A stretch of DNA of 64,000 nt from Azolla caroliniana (lineage: Eukaryota; Plantae; Polypodiophyta), in NCBI GenBank assembly GCA_043228905.1, contig JBHGNT010000010.1, forward strand, positions 14,384,001-14,448,000. The letters are read 5' to 3'. A model generated the notes under the pieces. It was not told where the DNA came from. It did not search any database and saw nothing but the letters and a program-made list of their open reading frames with translations. Numbering within the stretch: the stretch's first letter is position 1; the number at the start of each line of letters is the position of its first letter. A program made the position numbers and the translations under genes. Shown here piece after piece: positions 1-12,309 of this stretch.

Positions 1-258
1 TCCTACATCCAATGCATAAAACATGGTTATAATATGGAATTCCCTTCTAATCCATTACTGCAAACTTACAGTTCCTTAAGGTCACAATTAAAATTTGTAC
101 AGATCCTACATCTTCATTTATGGATGTCGTGTCTCTGCAAACCAATTATTGACTATAGGACCAAAAAATGTGTGCAAGATTCCTCAACAACCTTTAGCAA
201 ATGTGAACATTAAAAGAGAGCATATATCCAATGTTTGATTCAAAAACTATTATTTTCA

Positions 259-746
<488 letters not shown>

Positions 747-807
747 CTGCCAAAACAAATCACTTAATCTCTCACTCCATGATGTTGGTGATTTTTTATT
801 GCAAACA

Positions 808-1246
808 TGTAAAGATTAGTGTGCGGAAGTTAAATAGACACAACCGGCTCAGCCGGACAGTAACAGAGAACGGTAAACACTGAGAACAACGGAGAGAGAG
901 AGAGTACACAGGAGAGACAGAGAGAGTAGAACAATAAAACTCAAATTCAAATAACACTCTATACATACAAATGTGCTCCGAGAGCACTTTTATACAAGTC
1001 CTCAAAAGGACTGACAGAAGTACTAACATGTACTTCAATGCTCATAACTGAGCGACAGACACTAACTCCCAAAAAATATGCCTATCTACTAGGCTAGGAT
1101 TGTAGGCCTCTAATGGCTTACTAGCTCTCATGGATCCGACTCACCGATCCGATCTAGGCCTAGCCGATTCAGTCTTCGCCCAATCTAGCTCTCGGCTTGT
1201 TCAGCCGATTCGGCCCATCGGCCCATGTTGAGCTTGCTTCTCAACA
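808..1246 (-). repeat. 3' LTR of Copia element A copy 1 (439 bp)
   Basis: Starts tgtaaagatt, ends tctcaaca, preceded by aaaca (TSD) and adjacent to the PPT; homologous to 57032-57470 and 61643-62018. Confidence 0.9.
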
Positions 1247-4200
1247 CTCCCCCTCAAGCTCAAACTGAGATTCCATCTGATCTGCCAGTTCCTTGCCTCG
1301 GCTTCTCCTAGCGTCTTTTCGCCTTGCTCGCACCCCTCATCCGGTTCGGTCCTGCGTTCCACAACCCCTCCAGTCCAACGCTTCTTGACCCATCCAGCTC
1401 CATGCATCTTGACCCATCCAACCGCCGCATCTCGACCCCTACAGTCGGCTTGTCTACTCATTAAGCCCATCTCAGCTCCATCGTTGTCGCGGTATTGGCG
1501 CTTCTCGACCCGTCGAATCCTTCGTTTCGGTGTCGGCTTCGGCTGCCTTCCTGTCCGCTTGGCTTTCACTTTATTCGGCTCCTCCGAATCGAACCACTCG
1601 ACTGACGCAGCTGTCTCCAATTTGTCATCCGTCTGCAAGCCCTTGACCACATCCGAACATTTTCTGGTCCCAGCCTCTTTCCTTTGGTCGGCTCTGTCCT
1701 TCTTGACTCTACCGCCTTTGCTGCTTGTTCCAACTCTATCGGATGTGTTGACTTCTTCAATCGATTCGGCATCTTGTTCAGTTTCAACTTTCTCTCGTTG
1801 CTCTCTCCATTTTTCTCTACCTGTGCGGCACATTGAGATGTTATAGCCCAAGCATCTCCAAGAAGTGTTGCAACTTGTCCGATCCGAGCGCTTTGGTGAA
1901 GATGTCGGCAACCTGCCGATCGGTTCGAACATATCGGAGTTAAAATTCACCGCTCAAGACCCGCTCGCGCACAAAGTGATCATGAACTTCTATGTGCTTT
2001 GTGCGAGCATGGAACACGGGGTTCTTGGCTAGCTGTATGTTGCTAATGTTGTCGCAGTAGATTGGGATTGAAGTGGGAACTTCGATCCGTAAGTCCTGCA
2101 ACAACCGCCGAAGCCATATAGCTTCACAAGTCGCGACGGTGGCTCCTCAATATTTAGCTTCGGTGCTTCCGGCCCAGTCGGCATCCATATAGCCGACTAA
2201 CTATTCGGCTATACCGTGTCGATACAATATTCCCCGATCCTCTGTGCCACTAATATATTGCTCGGTTGTCAGTCGCTGCATCAACTAACTCATCACTCCG
2301 ACCAAATAGCGAAGGTCAAGTCGGGTGATAGTTAAATATATAAGGCTTCCAACAATTTGTCAGAACCATTGATCATTGTAGGCTGCTCCTAACTCGGGAC
2401 GTAGCTTCCGGTTTTTGTTGAAGGGAGCAGAGACGCATCGACAATCCGTCATACCGAATTTCTACAGCATATTCAATACATAATGTCGTTGAGACAATAA
2501 TATGTCATCGGGGGTGTGGATCACTTCGATCCCGAGAAAGTAGTGAAGGTCCCCCAAGTCCTTCATCTCGAATGCGTCTGACAGCTGGGACTTTACTTGG
2601 CCGATTTCAGCAAAGTCGGGTCCGGTGACGACCAAGTCGTCGACGTACAGTAGAATGCATACCGGACCTTTCAGAATTTTCTGAAATGAACAATGAAGAG
2701 TCAGACTTGGAGGCTGCAAACCCCATCTTACGCAATCAATGCGTGATCTTCGAGTTCCAAGCACAGGGGGCTTGCTTACGGCTGTAAAGCGACTTCTTCA
2801 GTCTACATACTGCCGACTTGTTCTTTAAGATCACCTTGAAGAAACATGTTCATGTCCATCTAGTGGAGATGCCACCCCCTTGCCGTTGCGATTGCCAGCA
2901 CCACATGAACCGATGACATCGTCATCTTCGCTGCCGGTGCGAAGGTCTCATCGTAGTCAATTCTGTCGGTCTGTGCATATCCCTTGGCCACCAGTTGGGC
3001 CTTGTACTGGTTGACTGAACCGTCGACATTGTATTTCACCTTATACACCCACTTACATCCAATCGGTTTGCAGTTTCGAGGAGGGTCAACTAAGTCCCAT
3101 GTCTCGTTGGAATCAAGTGCCCGCATTTCTTCCTCCATGGGCAAACGCCATTTAGCATCCTGTGATGCCTCCGCTTAGCTCTCTGACTCGCGTACTTCCA
3201 CCACCTTCGTCATGTACGCATAATGGTGCACCATGTCCTCGTTATAACCATACTAGATCAACTACTTCTTGTGGCGAGTCGATCGGCGGAGCTTCTCATT
3301 TGCCGATTATAGGGCCCTCTTGGCTGCATCCGACCTCAACTCTTGAGGTCGGTCTTCGCTGTAGTTGGTGTCAGATTCTCCCATATCGATCCGATTCTAG
3401 ATGTAGACCGTTGTTCAAACCGCTTCGGCCCAGTAAAACTTGGGCATGGTCTTCTCCTCAAGCATTGCCCGTGTTGCTTCGACAATCGACCAATTTTTTC
3501 GTTTAGCTACGTCATTCTGCTCCGGCGTTTATGTCTACAGCTGAATTCTCGCCGAATTCCCATTTGTTGTAGATAACAATTGAACTGGCGGAAAAGTATT
3601 CTTTTGCATCGTCTGACCGTAGGCACTTGATCTTTCTTTCTATTTCCTTTTCTACCAGACTTTTTAGGTTCTAGAAACAGTTGAAGTCTTCACTCTTCTT
3701 TTCGATCAAGTAGATCCAAGTGTGCCGGCTATATAGTCGTCGATGAAAGAGACGAAGTATTGACTCCCGCCTAGGCTCACATTATTTGTCGGTCCCCATA
3801 TTTCCCAATGTATTAAGTCGAGCTTATTCCGGCTCCGATTTCACTCGTTGGGGAAGCCTTCTGACCACTAAATTTCAGCAATCCGAAAATTGCTTGATCG
3901 TTTGCAGCTCTTGAAGCCTTTGATAGTTGACATGGCCGATCCGCTTATGCCGTAAGTCAACGTCCGACTCGACTCTTTGTCTTTTGGCGAACAGTGCAGT
4001 GCCTGCGCCATTTGGGTCGAGGATGAACATCCTCCCTTCCCGGCACCCTTGCGCGATGATTTGGCCTTCCTCTTCGATGAAGCACCCTAGGTGGGTGAAC
4101 CGGATTTACATCCCTTGATCAACGATCTGCCCGACCGACAACAAGTTTTTCGTTATTGTCAGAACGTGCAGTAAGTTCATAAGTCTCCGCTTCTGTCAGA

Positions 4201-4716
4201 CATGTTCGATCGGATGCAAGGTGTCATCTCTGATTTCGACGACTCCCGGTTGTTCTATTTCTCCAGGTAGGAGAACCACTGTGTGGCTCGTCATATGATT
4301 TGACACTCCAGAGTCGACATACCACACCTCATTCAGTTTCAAGGTGCTCTTCTTCATCAAACTTGCCTTGTGCTTCATCAAAAAAGTTGGGCCCTTTTTA
4401 GTTTTGGCTCCTTCCGACACTTCGGCATATTGTGGACGCTGTCAATTTCCATGTTCGGCTTTGCCGGATCCGGATTTGTCCAACTCGGCGCACTTCTTCC
4501 ACCACTCACTCTCGCTATGGCCCTTCCAACAACAATACTAGCATTCCGTTTCGGCCTTTGCTTGCCGGTTCTGACGCCCCTTTGACCCCCCCCTGCTTGT
4601 GGACAGTCCATAACTGTTGTCGGAACCACCTATATGCCTTCTTTCCTGCTCTTGTTGGCCGCCACCATTGCGTGCAAATCCACCTCGTCCTCCACGTCCA
4701 CCGGGCCTATCTACCT
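808..4716 (-). mobile_element. 5'-truncated, decayed Ty1/Copia LTR retrotransposon (element A, copy 1)
   Basis: 3' LTR 808-1246 (TG...CA), PPT TGAGGGGGAG at 1247-1256, RNase H HARTKHIEVH, RT LLYVDDL and KPIGCKWVYKVK, protease WYVDSG, gag zinc-knuckle region. Many stops, frameshifts and deletions; cut off inside gag by the tRNA array. Confidence 0.93.
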
Positions 4717-5597
4717 AATGACATTACATAATGATCTATGATGTATCTAGTTTTTCCAATGCCTATTGTTGTACCCCGGAGTCTCGTGTAAAAAACAAGG
4801 ATCCGAACCAACTAGACTACAATAGAATTGATTTAGTGCATGAATTAGTTAATATAATATTCTAGTGCTTTGCTTCAAATAAAGAACTATGACGCAATGT
4901 TGATCGAGAGTTCACCATTATTCTACAATCTATGCGTATTTCGGGAAACTCTATGAAGTTATCCAAACTATAATTGTCGGTGTACTAATTTGTAGCAACC
5001 ATGTTGACAAATAACCACGACTAAATATATTGTTTCTTCTTGTCCCGAACAACCTAATGTTTTGTCAAATTTCATTTGAAACCTCTCCTATTAATTGAAT
5101 AATGGGATTAAGTTTGCAAGCATCCACAAAAAAACTGAGGATTATTCTAACGCACTTTCATTTTTAACATTTAATAATGTCAAGGGCTTTTATAGATGCC
5201 ACATTAACTCATGATATATGATAGACCTGCTTGTACCCGGGCGTCTCAGGTAAAAAGCAAGGATCCGGGGCAACTTGATTACAATGGAATTCATTTAGTA
5301 AATGAAATAGTGGATGTACCACTCTAGCCTTTGTTACAAATAAAGAAACATGGTGCAATGCTCATCGTACCAATGTCCATTATTCTGCAATCTATGCGTA
5401 TTTTTTGAAATTGTATCCAGTTATCCAAACTATAATTGTTGGTGTACCAATTTGTCGTACCAATGTTGACGAATAACCACAGCCAAAGATGGTGCTTCTT
5501 GTTGTCCCGAACGACATAATGTTTTGTCCAATTTCATTTGAAACCTCTACCATGAATCGAATAATGGGATTAAGTTTAGAAATTGATGTTAGGAGAG

Positions 5598-5602
5598 AAA
5601 AA
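5598..5602 (-). terminator. First candidate Pol III terminator (T5) downstream of the tRNA, recurring every 1620 bp
   Basis: aaaaa on +; no run of 4 or more A lies between 5603 and 5756. Confidence 0.5.
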
Positions 5603-5756
5603 TCAAAGTAATGTTCGTCATCAATCCTTCAAACATAATATTGATTATTTTGTTAATTGCACATTATCGTAACATCTACTTTAGGTCTTGAGTTTTTGAG
5701 TTGTCAAACAGTTAACACATGATATGCGTCCGAAATTTAATATATGATATTGTCGT

Positions 5757-5829
5757 TTCCATTGCCGGGAGTTGAACCCGGGTCTCTCGGGTGAGAGCCG
5801 AGTATCCTAACCAACTAGACTACAATGGA
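5757..5829 (-). tRNA. trnE-CUC: tRNA-Glu(CUC), copy 1
   Basis: Minus strand TCCATTGTAGTCTAGTTGGTTAGGATACTCGGCTCTCACCCGAGAGACCCGGGTTCAACTCCCGGCAATGGAA, 73 nt. Acceptor stem TCCATTG/CAATGGA, anticodon arm CTCGG-CT-CTC-AC-CCGAG, T arm CCGGG-TTCAACT-CCCGG, A and B boxes present; resembles plant cytosolic tRNA-Glu. Confidence 0.96.
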
Positions 5830-6386
5830 TCACATGTTGGGTGCTTTTTATCGTAACGATCATTGATTCGTAATAAATAATATTTATATATTGCGCAAAC
5901 AAGGATCCGAACCAGCTAGACTACAATGGAATTCATTTAGTAAATGATTTAGTTAATGCAATATTCCAGTGGTTCACTTAAAATATAGAAACATGGTGCA
6001 ATGCTCATCGACAGTTGACCAATAGTCTGCGATCTATGCGTATTGCTTGAAATTGTATTGTGATATCCAAACTATAATTGTTGGTGTACTAATTTGTCGT
6101 ACCAATGTTGACGACTAACCAAAACCAAATATACTGCTTCTTGTTGTCCCGAACAACATAATGTTGTCCCTAACCAACTAGATTACAATGGCTCCTATCT
6201 TGTGTATAGATATATTGCAATCATAGATTAGTAACAAATAATATTTACATATTGCGCAAGCATCAACAAGAAACTGAGGATTACTCTCACACGCTCTCGT
6301 TTTTAACATTTAATCATTTCAAGGGGTTTTATCGATGCGACATTACATAATGATCTATGATGTATCTAGTTTTCCCAATGCCTATT

Positions 6387-6445
6387 GTTGTACCCCGGAG
6401 TCTCGTGTAGAAAACAAGGATCCGAACCAACTAGACTACAATAGA
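6387..6445 (-). pseudogene. Degenerate tRNA-Glu relic A (one per unit; representative copy)
   Basis: Minus strand TCTATTGTAGTCTAGTTGGTTCGGATCCTTGTTTT...GAGACTCCGGGGTACAAC aligns with the 5' three-quarters of the tRNA. Confidence 0.8.
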
Positions 6446-6850
6446 ATTGATTTAGTGCATGAATTAGTTAATATAATATTCTAGTGCTTTGCTTCAAATA
6501 AAGAACTATGACGCAATGTTGATCGAGAGTTCACCATTATTCTACAATCTATGCGTAGTTCGGGAAACTCTATGAGGTTATCCAAACTATAATTGTCGGT
6601 GTACTAATTTGTCGCAACCATGTTGACAAATAACCACGACTAAATATATTGCTTCTTCTTGTCCCGAACAACCTAATGTTTTGTCAAATTTCATTTGAAA
6701 CCTCTCCTATTAATTGAATAATGGGATTAAGTTTGCAAGCATCCACAAAAAAACTGAGGATTATTCTAACGCACTTTCATTTTTAACATTTAATAATGTC
6801 AAGGGCTTTTATCGATGCCACATTAACTCATGATATATGATAGACCTGCT

Positions 6851-6907
6851 TGTACCCGGGCGTCTCAGGTAAAAAGCAAGGATCCGGGGCAACTTGATTA
6901 CAATGGA
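6851..6907 (-). pseudogene. Degenerate tRNA-Glu relic B (one per unit; representative copy)
   Basis: Minus strand TCCATTGTAATCAAGTTGCCCCGGATCCTTGCTTTTTACCTGAGACGCCCGGGTACA. Confidence 0.8.
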
Positions 6908-7376
6908 ATTCATTTAGTAAATGAAATAGTTGATGTACCACTCTAGCCCTTTGTTACAAATAAAGAAACATGGTGCAATGCTCATCGTACCAATGTCCAT
7001 TATTCTGCAATCTATGCGTATTTTTTGAAATTGTATCCAGTTATCCAAACTATAATTGTTGGTGTACCAATTTGTCGTACCAATGTTGACGAATAACCAC
7101 AGCCAAAGATGCTGCTTCTTGTTGTCCCGAACGACATAATGTTTTGTCCAATTTCATTTGAAACCTCTACCATGAATCGAATAATGGGATTAAGTTTAGA
7201 AATTGATGTTAGGAGAGAAAAATCAAAGTAATGTTCGTCATCAATCCTTCAAACATAATATTGATTATTTTGTTAATTGCACATTATCGTAACATCTACT
7301 TTAGGTCTTGAGTTTTTGAGTTGTCAAACAGTTAACACATGATATGCGTCCGAAATTTAATATATGATATTGTCGT

Positions 7377-7449
7377 TTCCATTGCCGGGAGTTGAACCCG
7401 GGTCTCTCGGGTGAGAGCCGAGTATCCTAACCAACTAGACTACAATGGA
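7377..7449 (-). tRNA. trnE-CUC: tRNA-Glu(CUC), copy 2
   Basis: Same sequence as copy 1. Confidence 0.95.
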
Positions 7450-7519
7450 TCACATGTTGGGTGCTTTTTATCGTAACGATCATTGATTCGTAATAAATAA
7501 TATTTATATATTGCGCAAA

Positions 7520-7550
7520 CAAGGATCCGAACCAGCTAGACTACAATGGA
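7520..7550 (-). pseudogene. tRNA-Glu 5' fragment, relic D (one per unit; representative copy)
   Basis: Minus strand TCCATTGTAGTCTAGCTGGTTCGGATCCTTG, covering the acceptor 5' strand and A box. Confidence 0.75.
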
Positions 7551-7788
7551 ATTCATTTAGTAAATGATTTAGTTAATGCAATATTCCAGTGGTTCACTTA
7601 AAATATAGAAACATGGTGCAATGCTCATCGACAGTTGACCAATAGTCTGCGATCTATGCGTATTGCTTGAAATTGTATTGTGATATCCAAACTATAATTG
7701 TTGGTGTACTAATTTGTCGTACCAATGTTGACGACTAACCAAAACCAAATATACTGCTTCTTGTTGTCCCGAACAACATAATGTTGTC

Positions 7789-7811
7789 CCTAACCAACTA
7801 GATTACAATGG
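7789..7811 (-). pseudogene. tRNA-Glu 5' fragment, relic E (one per unit; representative copy)
   Basis: Minus strand CCATTGTAATCTAGTTGGTTAGG, with an upstream flank homologous to the leader of the intact tRNA (aaataatattta.atattgcgcaa). Confidence 0.7.
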
Positions 7812-8996
7812 CTCCTATCTTGTGTATAGATATATTGCAATCATAGATTAGTAACAAATAATATTTACATATTGCGCAAGCATCAACAAGAAACTGAGGA
7901 TTACTCTCACACGCTCTCGTTTTTAACATTTAATCATTTCAAGGGGTTTTATCGATGCGACATTACATAATGATCTATGATGTATCTAGTTTTCCCAATG
8001 CCTATTGTTGTACCCCGGAGTCTCGTGTACAAAACAAGGATCCGAACCAACTAGACTACAATAGAATTGATTTAGTGCATGAATTAGTTAATATAATATT
8101 CTAGTGCTTTGCTTCAAATAAAGAACCATGACGCAATGTTGATCGAGAGTTCACCATTATTCTACAATCTATGCGTAGTTCGGGAAACTCTATGAGGTTA
8201 TCCAAACTATAATTGTCGGTGTACTAATTTGTCGCAACCATGTTGACAAATAACCACGACTAAATATATTGTTTCTTCTTGTCCCGAACAACCTAATGTT
8301 TTGTCAAATTTCATTTGAAACCTCTCCTATTAATTGAATAATGGGATTAAGTTTGCAAGCATCCACAAAAAAACTGAGGATTATTCTAACGCACTTTCAT
8401 TTTTAACATTTAATAATGTCAAGGGCTTTTATCGATGCCACATTAACTCATGATATATGATAGACCTGCTTGTACCCGGGCGTCTCAGGTAAAAAGCAAG
8501 GATCCGGGGCAACTTGATTACAATGGAATTCATTTAGTAAATGAAATAGTGGATGTACCACTCTAGCCCTTTGTTACAAATAAAGAAACATGGTGCAATG
8601 CTCATCGTACCAATGTCCATTATTCTGCAATCTATGCGTATTTTTTGAAATTGTATCCAGTTATCCAAACTATAATTGTTGGTGTACCAATTTGTCGTAC
8701 CAATGTTGACGAATAACCACAGCCAAAGATGCTGCTTCTTGTTGTCCCGAACGACATAATGTTTTGTCCAATTTCATTTGAAACCTCTACCATGAATCGA
8801 ATAATGGGATTAAGTTTAGAAATTGATGTTAGGAGAGAAAAATCAAACTAATGTTCGTCATCAATCCTTCAAACATAATATTGATTATTTTGTTAATTGC
8901 ACATTATCGTAACATCTACTTTAGGTCTTGAGTTTTTGAGTTGTCAAACAGTTAACACATGATATGCGTCCGAAATTTAATATATGATATTGTCGT

Positions 8997-9069
8997 TTCC
9001 ATTGCCGGGAGTTGAACCCGGGTCTCTCGGGTGAGAGCCGAGTATCCTAACCAACTAGACTACAATGGA
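8997..9069 (-). tRNA. trnE-CUC: tRNA-Glu(CUC), copy 3
   Basis: Same sequence as copy 1. Confidence 0.95.
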
Positions 9070-10616
9070 TCACATGTTGGGTGCTTTTTATCGTAACGAT
9101 CGTTGATTCGTAATAAATAATATTTATATATTGCGCAAACAAGGATCCGAACCAGCTAGACTACAATGGAATTCATTTAGTAAATGATTTAGTTAATGTA
9201 ATATTCCAGTGGTTCACTTCAAATATAGAAACATGGTGCAATGCTCATCGACAGTTGACCAATAGTCTGCGATCTATGCGTATTGCTTGAAATTGTATTG
9301 TGATATCCAAACTATAATTGTTGGTGTACTAATTTGTCGTACCAATGTTGACGACTAACCAAAACCAAATATACTGCTTCTTGTTGTCCCGAACAACATA
9401 ATGTTGTCCCTAACCAACTAGATTACAATGGCTCCTATCTTGTGTATAGATATATTGCAATCATAGATTAGTAACAAATAATATTTACATATTGCGCAAG
9501 CATCAACAAGAAACTGAGGATTACTCTCACACGCTCTCGTTTTTAACATTTAATCATTTCAAGGGGTTTTATCGATGCGACATTACATAATGATCTATGA
9601 TGTATCTAGTTTTCCCAATGCCTATTGTTGTACCCCGGAGTCTCGTGTACAAAACAAGGATCCGAACCAACTAGACTACAATAGAATTGATTTAGTGCAT
9701 GAATTAGTTAATATAATATTCTAGTGCTTTGCTTCAAATAAAGAACCATGACGCAATGTTGATCGAGAGTTCACCATTATTCTACAATCTATGCGTAGTT
9801 CGGGAAACTCTATGAGGTTATCCAAACTATAATTGTCGGTGTACTAATTTGTCGCAACCATGTTGACAAATAACCACGACTAAATATATTGTTTCTTCTT
9901 GTCCCGAACAACCTAATGTTTTGTCAAATTTCATTTGAAACCTCTCCTATTAATTGAATAATGGGATTAAGTTTGCAAGCATCCACAAAAAAACTGAGGA
10001 TTATTCTAACGCACTTTCATTTTTAACATTTAATAATGTCAAGGGCTTTTATCGATGCCACATTAACTCATGATATATGATAGACCTGCTTGTACCCGGG
10101 CGTCTCAGGTAAAAAGCAAGGATCCGGGGCAACTTGATTACAATGGAATTCATTTAGTAAATGAAATAGTGGATGTACCACTCTAGCCCTTTGTTACAAA
10201 TAAAGAAACATGGTGCAATGCTCATCGTACCAATGTCCATTATTCTGCAATCTATGCGTATTTTTTGAAATTGTATCCAGTTATCCAAACTATAATTGTT
10301 GGTGTACCAATTTGTCGTACCAATGTTGACGAATAACCACAGCCAAAGATGCTGCTTCTTGTTGTCCCGAACGACATAATGTTTTGTCCAATTTCATTTG
10401 AAACCTCTACCATGAATCGAATAATGGGATTAAGTTTAGAAATTGATGTTAGGAGAGAAAAATCAAACTAATGTTCGTCATCAATCCTTCAAACATAATA
10501 TTGATTATTTTGTTAATTGCACATTATCGTAACATCTACTTTAGGTCTTGAGTTTTTGAGTTGTCAAACAGTTAACACATGATATGCGTCCGAAATTTAA
10601 TATATGATATTGTCGT

Positions 10617-10689
10617 TTCCATTGCCGGGAGTTGAACCCGGGTCTCTCGGGTGAGAGCCGAGTATCCTAACCAACTAGACTACAATGGA
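10617..10689 (-). tRNA. trnE-CUC: tRNA-Glu(CUC), copy 4
   Basis: Same sequence as copy 1. Confidence 0.95.
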
Positions 10690-12236
10690 TCACATGTTGG
10701 GTGCTTTTTATCGTAACGATCATTGATTCGTAATAAATAATATTTATATATTGCGCAAACAAGGATCCGAACCAGCTAGACTACAATGGAATTCATTTAG
10801 TAAATGATTTAGTTAATGTAATATTCCAGTGGTTCACTTCAAATATAGAAACATGGTGCAATGCTCATCGACAGTTGACCAATAGTCTGCGATCTATGCG
10901 TATTGCTTGAAATTGTATTGTGATATCCAAACTATAATTGTTGGTGTACTAATTTGTCGTACCAATGTTGACGACTAACCAAAACCAAATATACTGCTTC
11001 TTGTTGTCCCGAACAACATAATGTTGTCCCTAACCAACTAGATTACAATGGCTCCTATCTTGTGTATAGATATATTGCAATCATAGATTAGTAACAAATA
11101 ATATTTACATATTGCGCAAGCATCAACAAGAAACTGAGGATTACTCTCACACGCTCTCGTTTTTAACATTTAATCATTTCAAGGGGTTTTATCGATGCGA
11201 CATTACATAATGATCTATGATGTATCTAGTTTTCCCAATGCCTATTGTTGTACCCCGGAGTCTCGTGTACAAAACAAGGATCCGAACCAACTAGACTACA
11301 ATAGAATTGATTTAGTGCATGAATTAGTTAATATAATATTCTAGTGCTTTGCTTCAAATAAAGAACCATGACGCAATGTTGATCGAGAGTTCACCATTAT
11401 TCTACAATCTATGCGTAGTTCGGGAAACTCTATGAGGTTATCCAAACTATAATTGTCGGTGTACTAATTTGTCGCAACCATGTTGACAAATAACCACGAC
11501 TAAATATATTGTTTCTTCTTGTCCCGAACAACCTAATGTTTTGTCAAATTTCATTTGAAACCTCTCCTATTAATTGAATAATGGGATTAAGTTTGCAAGC
11601 ATCCACAAAAAAACTGAGGATTATTCTAACGCACTTTCATTTTTAACATTTAATAATGTCAAGGGCTTTTATCGATGCCACATTAACTCATGATATATGA
11701 TAGACCTGCTTGTACCCGGGCGTCTCAGGTAAAAAGCAAGGATCCGGGGCAACTTGATTACAATGGAATTCATTTAGTAAATGAAATAGTGGATGTACCA
11801 CTCTAGCCCTTTGTTACAAATAAAGAAACATGGTGCAATGCTCATCGTACCAATGTCCATTATTCTGCAATCTATGCGTATTTTTTGAAATTGTATCCAG
11901 TTATCCAAACTATAATTGTTGGTGTACCAATTTGTCGTACCAATGTTGACGAATAACCACAGCCAAAGATGCTGCTTCTTGTTGTCCCGAACGACATAAT
12001 GTTTTGTCCAATTTCATTTGAAACCTCTACCATGAATCGAATAATGGGATTAAGTTTAGAAATTGATGTTAGGAGAGAAAAATCAAACTAATGTTCGTCA
12101 TCAATCCTTCAAACATAATATTGATTATTTTGTTAATTGCACATTATCGTAACATCTACTTTAGGTCTTGAGTTTTTGAGTTGTCAAACAGTTAACACAT
12201 GATATGCGTCCGAAATTTAATATATGATATTGTCGT

Positions 12237-12309
12237 TTCCATTGCCGGGAGTTGAACCCGGGTCTCTCGGGTGAGAGCCGAGTATCCTAACCAACTAGAC
12301 TACAATGGA
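12237..12309 (-). tRNA. trnE-CUC: tRNA-Glu(CUC), copy 5
   Basis: Same sequence as copy 1. Confidence 0.95.

Noticed and set aside
5603-5756. Canonical C/D or H/ACA snoRNA in the tRNA trailer
   Set aside because: TTGATGA occurs only near the 3' end with no downstream CTGA, and no clear two-hairpin structure with a terminal ACA is visible. Kept only as an unknown-RNA hypothesis.
5757-5829. Plastid-type tRNA-Glu linked to tetrapyrrole synthesis, or a suppressor tRNA
   Set aside because: The sequence is cytosolic-type with an ordinary CUC anticodon; the plastid tRNA-Glu has anticodon UUC and a different sequence.
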